DNA of 64,000 nucleotides from NCBI GenBank assembly GCA_964592855.1, contig CAZQKI010000001.1:23175-87174 (forward strand), read 5' to 3'. This stretch comes from an uncultured Lentisphaerales bacterium. Lineage in GTDB: Bacteria > Verrucomicrobiota > Kiritimatiellia > RFP12 > JAAYLN01. The position numbers and the translations under genes were made by a program. Below, one piece after another: positions 1 through 9,379 of this stretch; the stretch's first letter is position 1, and the number at the start of each line of letters is the position of its first letter. The notes beneath the pieces are model-generated. The model was not told where the DNA came from. It did not search any database and worked only from the letters and a program-made list of their open reading frames with translations.

Positions 1-437
1 ATTCGTCTGTTTCCCCGCTCAGCCCGACCCCCTTCTTCGCCACCGTCAGGCGCCAGCCCTGTTTCATGCGGGTCTTTTTAGCGGGCGCATCGAACGCCTC
101 GACCGCCAGGGCGCCGATCAGGATCGGCACCCGCTTGTCACCGGCAACGGGCGCATTCGTGGCGATTTCGATCGTGGCGCCGGACATCTTTCCGAGGTAA
201 TGGGCCAGATCGGTCACCGAGTCCCTCAGTCGCTGGCGTTTGACCTCCAGGTCGCGGGCCGGATTCTTCATCCACTGAAAATCGGAAGGATTGGCCGCCA
301 TGACGCCGGCCGGCACGACAATGACCGCCAGGGCGCGGCCCTCTTTCACCAGCGTCACGTCCGCGCAGACCGCTCCGCCCGCCATGACCAGCCCCACAAA
401 ACACCCGATCCCCGTCTTACGCCGATTGCTCATGAAA
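1..437 (-). CDS. Secreted protein, N-terminal part only (start codon at 435-437; the gene runs off the window start). Signal peptide MSNRRKTGIGCFVGLVMAGGAVCA followed by an alpha/beta N-terminal domain like that of the glycoside-hydrolase-like proteins at 5498 and 60531
   Basis: Manual reverse-complement translation of 1-437 gives an uninterrupted frame (MSNRRKTGIGCFVGLVMAGGAVCADVTLVKEGRALAVIVVPAG...ATIEIATNAPVAGDKRVPILIG...). It is not in the ORF track because it has no in-window stop. Hydrophobic signal peptide present. Confidence 0.5.
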
Positions 438-514
438 ATGCCCCTTCCTGAAATTACCTGTGTTGTTGATGGATTGCTCAATGAAGCTCACGCTTGCATA
501 TCGACGCGACGGCG

Positions 515-1597
515 TCAAGCGCAAGTTCCGGGAATTCGCTTGCCGGACGAAGCGACTAGGCCGCCGTACCGGTAGGCTTCATCGAACAACGCGTCCAGAC
601 TGGCCAGAGGCGTGTCCCCCGTGATCATATTTCCAGCCGTAAAGATCAGGCGCCCCTCCGGTCGGTAATAAGTGTCCATGAGATGTCGCACCTCTTTCCT
701 CACATCCTCGGGAGACCCGAAAGGAATGGTTTTCTGCACGTCGAAACCGGCCCAAAACGTGATCTTCCCGCCATATCGCCGGGCAACGTCCACCTCGTTC
801 ATGGCATACTTCTGGATCGGATGCAAGACGTCCAGCCCCAGATCGATCAGCTTCGGCAGCAGCGGCTCGATATTCCCGCAAGTGTGCATCCAGTAGTGCA
901 TGCCGAGTTCATGAATGCGCTTGAAAATCTCGCTATAATACGGCGCGAAAAAGGCGTCGAAGATTTCCGGCGAGAAAAACGGGGCTGTCTGCATTCCCAG
1001 GTCGTCCGTGGCATATACGGCATCGGCATGGACTTCGAATTTCGCCCGTTCAATGACGCGAAGGTAAAAAACGGTCAGGGCGCGATACAAGTGGTGGACG
1101 TCGTCCGGATTCGTATAAAAATCCATCAGCGCATTTTCCATCCCCCGTAACTGCCAATGGCGTTCAAAGAGGGTAAACCACCAATGCGCCACCCGGTATC
1201 GGCCATCGGGCGCAGGAGGATTGGGGAAAAGGCCCGGATAATTGGGGTCGGGAAAATCCGCCAAAACGGCGTCCAGCATCGCCCAATCGCTCAACGGGAC
1301 CTGGGCGTCCAGCGCGGCCGACATCTCCTGCCGGGGCATCGTGGAGGGCATCCAGCAATAGGACGGATCGTCCGCCGGCGCATCATACAGCGTGACATTC
1401 CTCCAGGGAATCAATTGCGCATCGCAGGGATAGGCGTCGAGAATGGCCCTCACCTGCGCCTGGGTCTCGGCGCCATTAAACATCTCGGGGTAGGTCAGAA
1501 AATGCAGCACCACCGGCACGCGTTTCGCGGCCCCGCGACCCTCCACCACCCTGATCATCTCTTCGCGCGTTATTGGTGCAATCGTTTGATGTGCCAT
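515..1597 (-). CDS. Uroporphyrinogen decarboxylase (URO-D)/MtaA-like family protein, paralogue 1
   Basis: 360-aa frame with URO-D-family length and sequence pattern, similar to the paralogues at 9380 and 49586 (e.g. C-terminal ...TFWAGFDVQKT... versus ...TFWCPVDIQKT...). Start trimmed to the ATG at 1597 (MAHQTIAPITREEM). Lies directly downstream of the GH51 gene. Confidence 0.8.
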   Translation of the reverse strand: MAHQTIAPITREEMIRVVEGRGAAKRVPVVLHFLTYPEMFNGAETQAQVRAILDAYPCDAQLIPWRNVTLYDAPADDPSYCWMPSTMPRQEMSAALDAQVPLSDWAMLDAVLADFPDPNYPGLFPNPPAPDGRYRVAHWWFTLFERHWQLRGMENALMDFYTNPDDVHHLYRALTVFYLRVIERAKFEVHADAVYATDDLGMQTAPFFSPEIFDAFFAPYYSEIFKRIHELGMHYWMHTCGNIEPLLPKLIDLGLDVLHPIQKYAMNEVDVARRYGGKITFWAGFDVQKTIPFGSPEDVRKEVRHLMDTYYRPEGRLIFTAGNMITGDTPLASLDALFDEAYRYGGLVASSGKRIPGTCA

Positions 1598-1651
1598 ACG
1601 TCCCCCCATCCGAAGGGCCGGCCCCGGGCCAGCCGGCGAATGATTCCCCAA

Positions 1652-3187
1652 TCATATCGTGAATTCAATTAACGTCAAACTGGCCGGCGGGAAGGTGATG
1701 GTGTCGGCCAAGGGCAACACTTGCGTCATCAACCCGACGCGGTCCGGGCGCTCCAGCGTATTTTCGGCCAACAAATCGTTTCCGCCGGTCAACCGATGCA
1801 GAATCATCGTTTGACCGGATGGCGAAATCCCGTTGAACGTCAAGCGGGTATCCAGCGACTCGCGTTCCGATTTGTTGATGACGGATACGGTCATCCGTTT
1901 GGCCGCATCGTCGATGCTGACCAGCACATCCAGCGCCGGAACAGCGGAAAAATGAATGAGCGAAGGCAGGGATTCGTCCCGGGCCCTTTCCGGGTCGACG
2001 ATGCCGCAGAAGAACCGTTCGTGCTTGGCGGAGAAAGCCGGCCCGTCCGCAACCGTTTCGACTACGCGCCCGGCGTGCTTTCGGCTGAGCAGGACATGGG
2101 GATAATAAATGGTTTGCCGCACGCAGCGGTCCCGGTCGGTGCGCAAGACACCCAGGACATTGGCCAATTCGGAAATGTTTGCCATCTTGATGGAATCGGC
2201 GTTGCGGAGGATGACATGAATCAACGAGGCGGCCGTTAACGCATCGGTATAGTTGTAGACCTCTTCCACGACCTGATGGGCCAGGTGTTTCTCGCGATAC
2301 CAGATATTCCATTCATCAAAGGCCAAACCCGGGCGGGCGGCAATGCCCAGATGCGCGTCCAGCGCTTCCGTTACATTCATGTTGGCCTGCTCGATCATAT
2401 GCTCGCAGACACAACTGGCCGCCATGCTGTCGCGGAAGATGGGGCGGCCGAAATAGTTGTGCACCGAAATGAGGTCGATGCGGTCGATCAGGCCGTTGAG
2501 CACCGTTCGATCCCATTGAGGGCCTGGCCGGCCGAGGCCGCAGACGATCGTCTTGATGGCCGGGTCGACCAGCTTCATCTGGTGAATGGCTTCCCGGCAC
2601 CACCGGACGTATTCGTCCGCCGTTTTGACGCCGGGCTGCCAATCGCCATAGATTTCGTTGCCCAGCCCGAAATACTTCACGCCATAGGGCGCTTCCCGTC
2701 CATGCGCCCGCCGTAAATCCGCCCACTTCGTGCGGGTGGTTCCGTTCAAATATTCAACCAGGTTGGCGGCGTCTTCCGGCGTCTGGGTGTGGGCATTCAC
2801 GGTCAGATAGAGTTCGGTCCCCAATTCCCGGCACAGCGCCCAGGCTTCGGGAATGCCGAAGGCTGGCGATTGACTGGACCATTTTTCCCGGAAATACTTG
2901 GCTCGGGGGCGTTCGCTGACAGGCCCGACCAGCTCCTGCCAATCGAAGTAGGCCACCGCACACCCGCCGGGATAGCGGAGATACGACGGCCGCAATTCCC
3001 GCAGCGCCTCCAGAACATCGGTTCGCAGCCCGTCGGAACGCGACCAGGGACTCGTCGGATCGTAAAGCCCGCCATTGATGCAGCGTCCGGTCAATTCAAT
3101 GAATTGCCCGAATAATAAATCGTGAATGACCCCTTGAGTCTTACGGGCAAAAACCGTTATCTCGGCACGATTAGACGATAGGTCCAT
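1652..3187 (-). CDS. alpha-L-arabinofuranosidase, GH51-like
   Basis: 511 aa; N-terminal beta-sandwich plus TIM-barrel pattern typical of GH51 (..GGLYDPTSPWSRSDGLRTDVLEALRELRPSYLRYPGGCAVAYFDWQ..). RBS-like gagagga upstream of the ATG at 3187. Confidence 0.8.
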   Translation of the reverse strand: MDLSSNRAEITVFARKTQGVIHDLLFGQFIELTGRCINGGLYDPTSPWSRSDGLRTDVLEALRELRPSYLRYPGGCAVAYFDWQELVGPVSERPRAKYFREKWSSQSPAFGIPEAWALCRELGTELYLTVNAHTQTPEDAANLVEYLNGTTRTKWADLRRAHGREAPYGVKYFGLGNEIYGDWQPGVKTADEYVRWCREAIHQMKLVDPAIKTIVCGLGRPGPQWDRTVLNGLIDRIDLISVHNYFGRPIFRDSMAASCVCEHMIEQANMNVTEALDAHLGIAARPGLAFDEWNIWYREKHLAHQVVEEVYNYTDALTAASLIHVILRNADSIKMANISELANVLGVLRTDRDRCVRQTIYYPHVLLSRKHAGRVVETVADGPAFSAKHERFFCGIVDPERARDESLPSLIHFSAVPALDVLVSIDDAAKRMTVSVINKSERESLDTRLTFNGISPSGQTMILHRLTGGNDLLAENTLERPDRVGLMTQVLPLADTITFPPASLTLIEFTI

Positions 3188-3564
3188 GATCGTATTTCCT
3201 CTCTAAATTGTTCCAGGGAGCGCAACATGTCATAACACTCCGAGAAAGTCCAGCGGGATTTATGTTTGAGCGTAAGGTGACCGTTCTGACCTCCTGTTAT
3301 GAAGATCTCAACATATTATTTTCTGCGAATGGTGGGGGGGTAGACAAGCTCATAGGAAAGTGCAAGAATAGTCCAATCATTTTTTGACGTGGCATTTTGC
3401 CACGCAGAAAACGAGTGGCGAGGACGGAAGGTTCAGCTTGCCCGTGTCGGGGTTCGATGACTTTTCAACAGGCAAAACGCCACGCCAAGCAAGCCGTCAG
3501 GCGCAGCTTGAAAGTGGTTTTTGCAAGAGACTCAAATGATCGAGGAATCAGAATAAGGAGCATC

Positions 3565-5166
3565 ATGAGGACGAAACACGCGTGGGTAAAAGCCGGATTC
3601 GCGATCGCCTGCCTGGCCATGCCGGTGCTGGGCAATGTCTGGGATGACGACAGCAACGACCACCTGTGGGACACCGCCGCCAACTGGAACCCCGCCGCCA
3701 AGCCCGGCCTTGGCAACTATGCAGAGTTCAACGACACCAAGGTCGGCCTCAGTATCGTCAGCACGGACTCCTCCGCTTGGGGGCTTGTTATCGAGAATAC
3801 GACCGGCGCACATGAAATGCAAATCGCGCCCGGTGCCACCGTGTCTGTCGGACCTAACGGCATCCGATTGGGCTATAACCAGGGCGTCAACCTCACCATG
3901 AACGGGGGAGGCGGGTTGCAAGGCGCAAGCGGCTATACGACCCCCTTGCGGGTGGGGCACCGTGAAGCCTTCATACAAAACGTTTACACCACCACCGTCA
4001 CGATAGCCAATTGCCGCCTGATTCTTGACCGTGTTTCCGAAATCACCGTCGGTTTCAATGGCGTGACAGGCTGGGGCGGGATCAGGAGCCTGCTTGATGC
4101 GAGCGGCGCCTCCTTCGTGTCGGGCTCGGCATCCAACCTGGTTCGCGTGCCCGTCATCAGTATCGGAAAAAACAATAATGCCAAAGGCACGTTGAAGCTC
4201 AATCCGGCTGTCACGAACATCACCGTCGACACGCTCGAAATGGGCAACCAATTCGGCACACAATCAGGCACCCTGGATTTGGGCGCCAATTCGCAATTAA
4301 AGACCCTGTCGGTCTCGAACAACCTCCTGCTCCCCTACGCCTACATCCTGTGCTACGACGGCTCCGGCACCTGCATAACGGGGTTCCCGGGGAATGTCGC
4401 GTTCAAGATGGGCTCTTCCAGCCAGCGCGCCGGAACATGGAGCATTGCGATTGGTGGCTTAGTGGATCCGACCGTATATTCATTCGGGCCGGGAATCAAG
4501 AGCGTCGAAGCCTATATCACCGCCCTGACGGTGGGCGATAATTCCAATACGCCAGGCCATTATCGGCACGGCACGCTCGATCTGCGGAAAGCGACAATCA
4601 ACAAGCTGGATGTCTCCGGCGCCGTGAAACTCGGCGGCAATAGCGGGTATGGCAAGCTGTATTTGCCCACGGGACGCGCCACCTGCGCCAGCCTGGATCT
4701 CGGCGTGAGCCTTGTCACCCATTATGGGCTGTGGGCATCAGGCCTGCTCTCCCTCAGCAACACCGAATTCGTGGTGTCGGGAAATGTGACCGTAGGCATG
4801 GGCGCAACCGATCCCTGGAGCACCGGAAAGATCGAAAGCCTGACCGACGGCAAGTCGTCCGGACTCGACATGACCAACCTGACCGCCACGCTGACCCTCG
4901 TGAACGCCGCCAATAAAATTGAGTTGACCTTTGCCGGTCCGCCCGCGGATCCCTTCAAGCCCTATTGGGGCTTGAGGATGGCCGGCAATACCTCCAGCCA
5001 GCTTACGACCCTGAACACCGCCGGAAAGCTGACGTGGACCATGCCCGGACTTACGAGCGAACAACAGGCAAAATGCGGCATCCACTACGACCCCGTCGGG
5101 AACGTCACGTATGTCGGGCTCCCGGCGGCGACGAAGCCTCCCGGCACGGTCGTTGTCGCACGGTGA
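3565..5166 (+). CDS. Secreted Gly/Thr/Asn-rich beta-helix or passenger-repeat-like protein
   Basis: ATG at 3565 preceded by aaggag. Signal peptide MRTKHAWVKAGFAIACLAMPVLG, then repetitive G/T/N/S-rich segments (..GTLDLGANSQLKTLSVSNN.., ..HGTLDLRKATINKLDVSGAVKLGGNSGYGKL..) typical of parallel beta-helix or autotransporter-associated repeats. Confidence 0.65.
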   Translation: MRTKHAWVKAGFAIACLAMPVLGNVWDDDSNDHLWDTAANWNPAAKPGLGNYAEFNDTKVGLSIVSTDSSAWGLVIENTTGAHEMQIAPGATVSVGPNGIRLGYNQGVNLTMNGGGGLQGASGYTTPLRVGHREAFIQNVYTTTVTIANCRLILDRVSEITVGFNGVTGWGGIRSLLDASGASFVSGSASNLVRVPVISIGKNNNAKGTLKLNPAVTNITVDTLEMGNQFGTQSGTLDLGANSQLKTLSVSNNLLLPYAYILCYDGSGTCITGFPGNVAFKMGSSSQRAGTWSIAIGGLVDPTVYSFGPGIKSVEAYITALTVGDNSNTPGHYRHGTLDLRKATINKLDVSGAVKLGGNSGYGKLYLPTGRATCASLDLGVSLVTHYGLWASGLLSLSNTEFVVSGNVTVGMGATDPWSTGKIESLTDGKSSGLDMTNLTATLTLVNAANKIELTFAGPPADPFKPYWGLRMAGNTSSQLTTLNTAGKLTWTMPGLTSEQQAKCGIHYDPVGNVTYVGLPAATKPPGTVVVAR

Positions 5167-5497
5167 TATTACATGAGGCTCATGCACCCCCCACCGAACG
5201 CTGCGCCAAACGGTCGCGTGGCGGGCGGCCGTTGCCACGCCAGCGGTAGACGAACGCTCCGAAATGTGGGATACTTATTTCGTTCGTTTTGGGCGCGGTG
5301 TGTTGCCACGCAGAAGACGATGGGGCGTAGGTTGGGGAGTCAGGCGAGACCACGGTGGGCAGCCGGGTGCTTCAATTTACAAAACGTCCCGGTCGCAAGC
5401 CGGTCTGTATGTCTATACAGGCAGACAGGACAGTCGGCGCAGCGACCGGGGGGTTTTGCTGGAGCCTCGTCTGTTTAGTCATCGGAGGTTGCTTTCC

Positions 5498-8400
5498 ATG
5501 TCACGAGCGAAACGTCTTTCTCCCGGCCGCTACATGGCGGTCTTGGGGAGCGGTCTTTTTCTGATTGCCGCAGGGTGTGCGAGGGAAACGAAGCTTGGGC
5601 CGGCCAAAGGTATTGAGCCGGCCGCCAATCTCCTCCACTTCGTGGCCGCCTCCCCCGAACCAGGCTTCGCACTGCCGCAAATCGTGCTCCAATACGACCC
5701 GGTGGCAAAAACCGGATCGGATGGGGCCCCGGCGTTGCAGTTTTGGGATGTCACGCCGCCGTTCATCATGAGCCGCGCCGCCTGCTACCTGCGCGAGGGA
5801 CTCCTGCGCATGACCGGTCGGTCGTTCACCATTATCAGCACAAACGACCTTTCGAAAGGCATCGTGCTCACGCTGCTCAACGGGGCGGACGCGTCGATCC
5901 GCAACGACCCCGACGTGCAGTCGGCGCTCCGGGCAGATCCGAAGGACGTCTATGCCAGCCAGGAGGCCTATTTCATCCGTTCGGAATCGAACCGCCTGCT
6001 GATCGTGGCCAACACCCCGGCGGGGCTGGCCAGCGGCGTCGTCGAACTGCTTGAATCGGTCGAATACGAAGTGCTCGGAATGGGGCCGGACTGGATCCAC
6101 GTGCCGGACTACCGCAACAAGCCCCTGGCGTTCGCGATTCGCCGCTCGGGCCGGCCAAGTTTCTATATCCGCGGGCTCATCGCCACCAGCGGACAATGCT
6201 ACGGCGTCGGCACGATCGTGTCCGGCCTGACCGATCCGGCGGACGAGCCCGTGACCGACAGCTACTGGCGCTGGCAGATCGGGGCGCGGCTCTTCGGAAC
6301 CTCGATGCCCGGCTTTCCCGGCCATGCGCTGCAGACTTATCACATCCCGGTCATCGACTATATGCGGACTAACAACGTGACCGAGGGCTTCCTCGCCCCC
6401 GGGACGATCATCACCCCCGAAGCCCGGCGGCCCGCCGCGGCCGCCGGAAATAATGGCTGGCTCTGGCTCGACTCGAAAAAAACGGCAGCCTGTTCCTCCG
6501 ACGGCAAAACGTGGGTGGCCAACGACTTGAACAACATCGCCTTCAACCTGGACCTGTCCATGCCCTTTGTCCGGGAGATCATCTTCCGGTCCCTCGCAAA
6601 CATGGCAGAGGCGGCCTTCGAAAAGGAGCCGGATGCGCTCGTGGTTTTTCCCATGGACGCCGAAGATGGTGCCGGCTACGGGAGTCTCGACACGTTGATG
6701 AAGAACAAGACCTGGTATCCCGATTACCTGGCTCATTCGGGCGCGGCCTTCGGCAAGCCCTATGTGCTGCATGGACATAACGGGCTGAATCAGCCGGTCG
6801 AGATCTGGGACCCGGCGGCCGCCAGCGACACGATGTTCGGCTTTGGCAACTATCTCCTGCGCGAATACGATAAATGGATCGACTCCCTTCCGGCGGAGAA
6901 GCGGATCACCGCCTCCGGCAAATCGAAAAAGGACCGGGTGCGCGCCAGCTTCTACAGTTACAACTATCACGACGTGCCGCCGAACTTCAACGTGGACCCC
7001 CGCGTTCGGGTCATGATCGCCAGCTACCCGAAGCACCGCGGCCAGGGCAAGTGGGAAAAATTCGCCTCGCAGGAGGACATGGCCCGCGCCTTCAAGGTCA
7101 TGCTGCCGCGGGAACCCTCCGGCGACTATCGCATCCTGACGCTTTCCTATTACCTCGATCCCGGGCCGGCCAACATCCCCGCCGCCTGGAGCGCGGCGCC
7201 GGCCGCGATCGCCGCCGACTACCGGCGGGCCTATGACGCCGGCTACCGCGCGATCAACTGCGAAACCGATTTCAACTTCGGCCGCTACGGACTCGCCTAT
7301 TACCTCATCGCCAAGTTCCTGTGGAACGCCGACCTGAAGCCGCACGAACTGGACCTTATCCGCGACCGCTGGTTCCGCCGCGCCTTCGGCGGGGCCTGGC
7401 GGGAGATGAAGGTCTACTATGACTTCATGCTGACCGACAACTACCCCGTCAACGGCCCCAACACCTGGGCGCAGGCCATCCGGCTGCTCGATGCCGCCGA
7501 CCGGAAACTAAATGGTGCACAGGAGCCGGCCGCCCAGAAACGCATCGATGACTGCAAGCAGTTCTGGTACCACCACTACCTGATGGACACCGGGCTCTAC
7601 ACGGTGGCGTCGCCCGAGGTCCGGGAATACCTGTGGAAGGGGCAGATGTCGTATATGGTCGCCCTGCACGTGCTGTGCCGGCGCGATTTCGGGAAGGACT
7701 CGGTGCTGGAGGCCCTCGGGCCGGAGGGCGCCAAGGGCCCCGCGCACTACACGCACGCCGAGACCCAGGTCTGGTGGGCGAAGATTCTGGCCCATTGGAC
7801 CGTCACGCCGGTAACCGAATGGACCGAGGCCAAGCTGGCCAATGGCAAGCCGGCGCGATCCGTGGACCTGAACGACCTGGTCAGGGTCAGGGAATTCCAG
7901 AGCGAAAAGAGCGATGCGCCCTTCTACTGGAACAGCGGCTTCATGAAGCCGGTCCCGTTCGTCACGATCGCGCGCCGCAAGGACGATATCGTTGGCTTCA
8001 AGCTCGTCTGGCCTTTCAACCCGAAGGACAGCTACTACATCGCCAAGAAACTGCCCTACGGCGTGGATATCTGGAATCCGGGGACAAAGGCGTGGGACGC
8101 CTGGGTCGACAAGACCATGATCGTCCAGCCGTCCGTCGAGATCACGAATGCTCAGGGGACCGCCATGCAGTTGGTGGATGTCCGGCTCAAGGCGCCGCGC
8201 CCAGGCACGTATCGCTTCGACCTCGGATATGGCGGAAATGCAAGCTTCCTGTCGAGCGTCGCCTACGATCCGGTGACGCAGACCTACACCAACGCCGCGC
8301 CGTTCACCTACACCACCTGCGCCGAAGGGCACACTCAGTCGGAGGTCTATTTCTACATTCCGAAGGGCGTTCAATCCCTTGACCTCGAAGTATGGGATGC

Positions 8401-8662
8401 GGCCCGCGGCAAGCAAATCACGTTTTACAAGGGGTTGCCGGACTGCAAACCCGAAGTTTCGCGCCGCGTAGACGTAACCGGAATGGGAACACACCGGGTG
8501 GCGTTGCAGGCCGGAGAGGACGGCACGGTGGTTTCCCTCTACGGGGACGGGTTCAGCTTTCCTTTCCTCTACTCCGTGCCGACCCTCTGGGCCAAGTCAC
8601 CCGGTGCCCTGCTGGTGCCGCGGGCCGTGGCCGAGGCTGACGGTCTGACGATCCTTCTTTAA
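5498..8662 (+). CDS. Large secreted lipoprotein (about 1054 aa) of unknown function; N-terminal alpha/beta domain resembles GH20/GH67/GH115-type N-domains; possibly DUF4838-like (low confidence)
   Basis: ATG at 5498 with ggaggtt RBS. Lipoprotein-type signal (MSRAKRLSPGRYMAVLGSGLFLIAAGCA). Long conserved-looking frame. The ORF track start at 5264 is probably too early. Confidence 0.7.
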   Translation: MSRAKRLSPGRYMAVLGSGLFLIAAGCARETKLGPAKGIEPAANLLHFVAASPEPGFALPQIVLQYDPVAKTGSDGAPALQFWDVTPPFIMSRAACYLREGLLRMTGRSFTIISTNDLSKGIVLTLLNGADASIRNDPDVQSALRADPKDVYASQEAYFIRSESNRLLIVANTPAGLASGVVELLESVEYEVLGMGPDWIHVPDYRNKPLAFAIRRSGRPSFYIRGLIATSGQCYGVGTIVSGLTDPADEPVTDSYWRWQIGARLFGTSMPGFPGHALQTYHIPVIDYMRTNNVTEGFLAPGTIITPEARRPAAAAGNNGWLWLDSKKTAACSSDGKTWVANDLNNIAFNLDLSMPFVREIIFRSLANMAEAAFEKEPDALVVFPMDAEDGAGYGSLDTLMKNKTWYPDYLAHSGAAFGKPYVLHGHNGLNQPVEIWDPAAASDTMFGFGNYLLREYDKWIDSLPAEKRITASGKSKKDRVRASFYSYNYHDVPPNFNVDPRVRVMIASYPKHRGQGKWEKFASQEDMARAFKVMLPREPSGDYRILTLSYYLDPGPANIPAAWSAAPAAIAADYRRAYDAGYRAINCETDFNFGRYGLAYYLIAKFLWNADLKPHELDLIRDRWFRRAFGGAWREMKVYYDFMLTDNYPVNGPNTWAQAIRLLDAADRKLNGAQEPAAQKRIDDCKQFWYHHYLMDTGLYTVASPEVREYLWKGQMSYMVALHVLCRRDFGKDSVLEALGPEGAKGPAHYTHAETQVWWAKILAHWTVTPVTEWTEAKLANGKPARSVDLNDLVRVREFQSEKSDAPFYWNSGFMKPVPFVTIARRKDDIVGFKLVWPFNPKDSYYIAKKLPYGVDIWNPGTKAWDAWVDKTMIVQPSVEITNAQGTAMQLVDVRLKAPRPGTYRFDLGYGGNASFLSSVAYDPVTQTYTNAAPFTYTTCAEGHTQSEVYFYIPKGVQSLDLEVWDAARGKQITFYKGLPDCKPEVSRRVDVTGMGTHRVALQAGEDGTVVSLYGDGFSFPFLYSVPTLWAKSPGALLVPRAVAEADGLTILL

Positions 8663-8691
8663 GCAACATGGATTCGTGGCCAACTGGCGGC

Positions 8692-8940
8692 ATGATGACG
8701 AAACGCGCGTGGGGAACGGCCGGATTCGCGATCGCCTGCATGGCCCTGCCGGTGCTGGGAAACGTGTGGACCGACGGGGGCGACGCGACACCCGGTACCG
8801 TCACCGTGAACGGAGGGGGAATCCTGCAAGTCGGCGGCGCCGCCCGAAGTCCGGGAATACCTGTGGAAGGGACAGATGTCCTACATGGTTGCCATGCACG
8901 TGCTGTGCCGTCGCCACGGCAGTTGAACTGGCACAAGCGC
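8692..8940 (+). pseudogene. Chimeric gene remnant: a paralogue of the N-terminus (signal peptide plus about 45 codons) of the 3565 gene, fused to an approximately 85-bp duplicate of an internal segment (7601-7690) of the upstream 5498 gene
   Basis: MMTKRAWGTAGFAIACMALPVLGNVWTDGGD closely parallels MRTKHAWVKAGFAIACLAMPVLGNVWDDDSND. Nucleotides 8831-8915 are about 90% identical to 7601-7690 (..GTCCGGGAATACCTGTGGAAGGG.CAGATGTC.TA.ATGGT.GCC.TGCACGTGCTGTGCCG..) but are read in a different frame, after which the frame terminates. Confidence 0.45.
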
Positions 8941-9055
8941 GAGTTCTACGGCTTTCTCCATTTCACCACCTAATGCGGGCTCCGCCCGCAACCCAATTGC
9001 ATGCCAATCTGGAACTCAAGAAGGAAAGGAGGACGACCGTAGGAAATCGTGATCC

Positions 9056-9128
9056 GTAGTCGTCGCCGTTGTCGTCCACCGGAAGGGGAAGATTCGGTCG
9101 ACGACTACGGCGACGACAACGGTGGACG
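9056..9128. repeat. Long imperfect inverted repeat (two tandem 12-mers ccgtWgtcgtcS, a 21-nt spacer, then two tandem inverted 12-mers); potential 24-bp stem hairpin
   Basis: ccgtagtcgtcgccgttgtcgtcc ... cgacgactacggcgacgacaacgg. The reverse complement of the downstream arm matches the upstream arm at 21/24 positions. Confidence 0.5.
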
Positions 9129-9379
9129 AGGGAGCGGGCTCGTGCCAGGTTCCGTCTTTCCGCCTGAGCGCGGACAGGGATCAGGAAGACGTGTTGTATG
9201 AGAAGCGCGCTCTGCGAGAGCAGTGAAACGGGGATGCGTCCGCCTCGCGACAGGCGTTCTTCCCTTGCCACGGTTGACGGGCTTCTCTATCATGTTGCGA
9301 TTACCGAGGGGATGGGCCTGCACGGAGTGATGGGTTTCTCCCTTGAGGCTTTCGACAATGAATCTGAGAGGATCTCCGC

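Noticed and set aside
3390-3412. Possible sigma-54 promoter (TGGCAttttGCCA)
   Set aside because: The GG-to-GC spacing is 8 bp rather than the required 10 bp, and the element is better explained as part of the recurring TTGCCACGC motif.
5264-5497. ORF-track N-terminal extension of the 1132-aa frame (MWDTYFVRFGRGVLPRRRRWG...)
   Set aside because: It is basic and low-complexity and contains the regulatory motifs. A lipoprotein signal peptide with a good RBS begins at the ATG at 5498.
5501-7345. 614-aa ORF on the minus strand antisense to the 1054-aa lipoprotein gene. Similar long antisense ORFs occur at 14269-16953 (antisense to purL), 34906-36663 (antisense to argS), 36698-38242, 22921-24888, 24892-26127, 40635-42080, 44402-45754, 52084-53601 and 57979-59823
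   Set aside because: At about 65% GC, stop codons are rare in antisense frames. These ORFs are Arg/Gly/Pro/Ala-rich low-complexity translations, while the opposite strand encodes proteins with clear conserved domains (PurL, ArgS, Rnf, PcnB and others).
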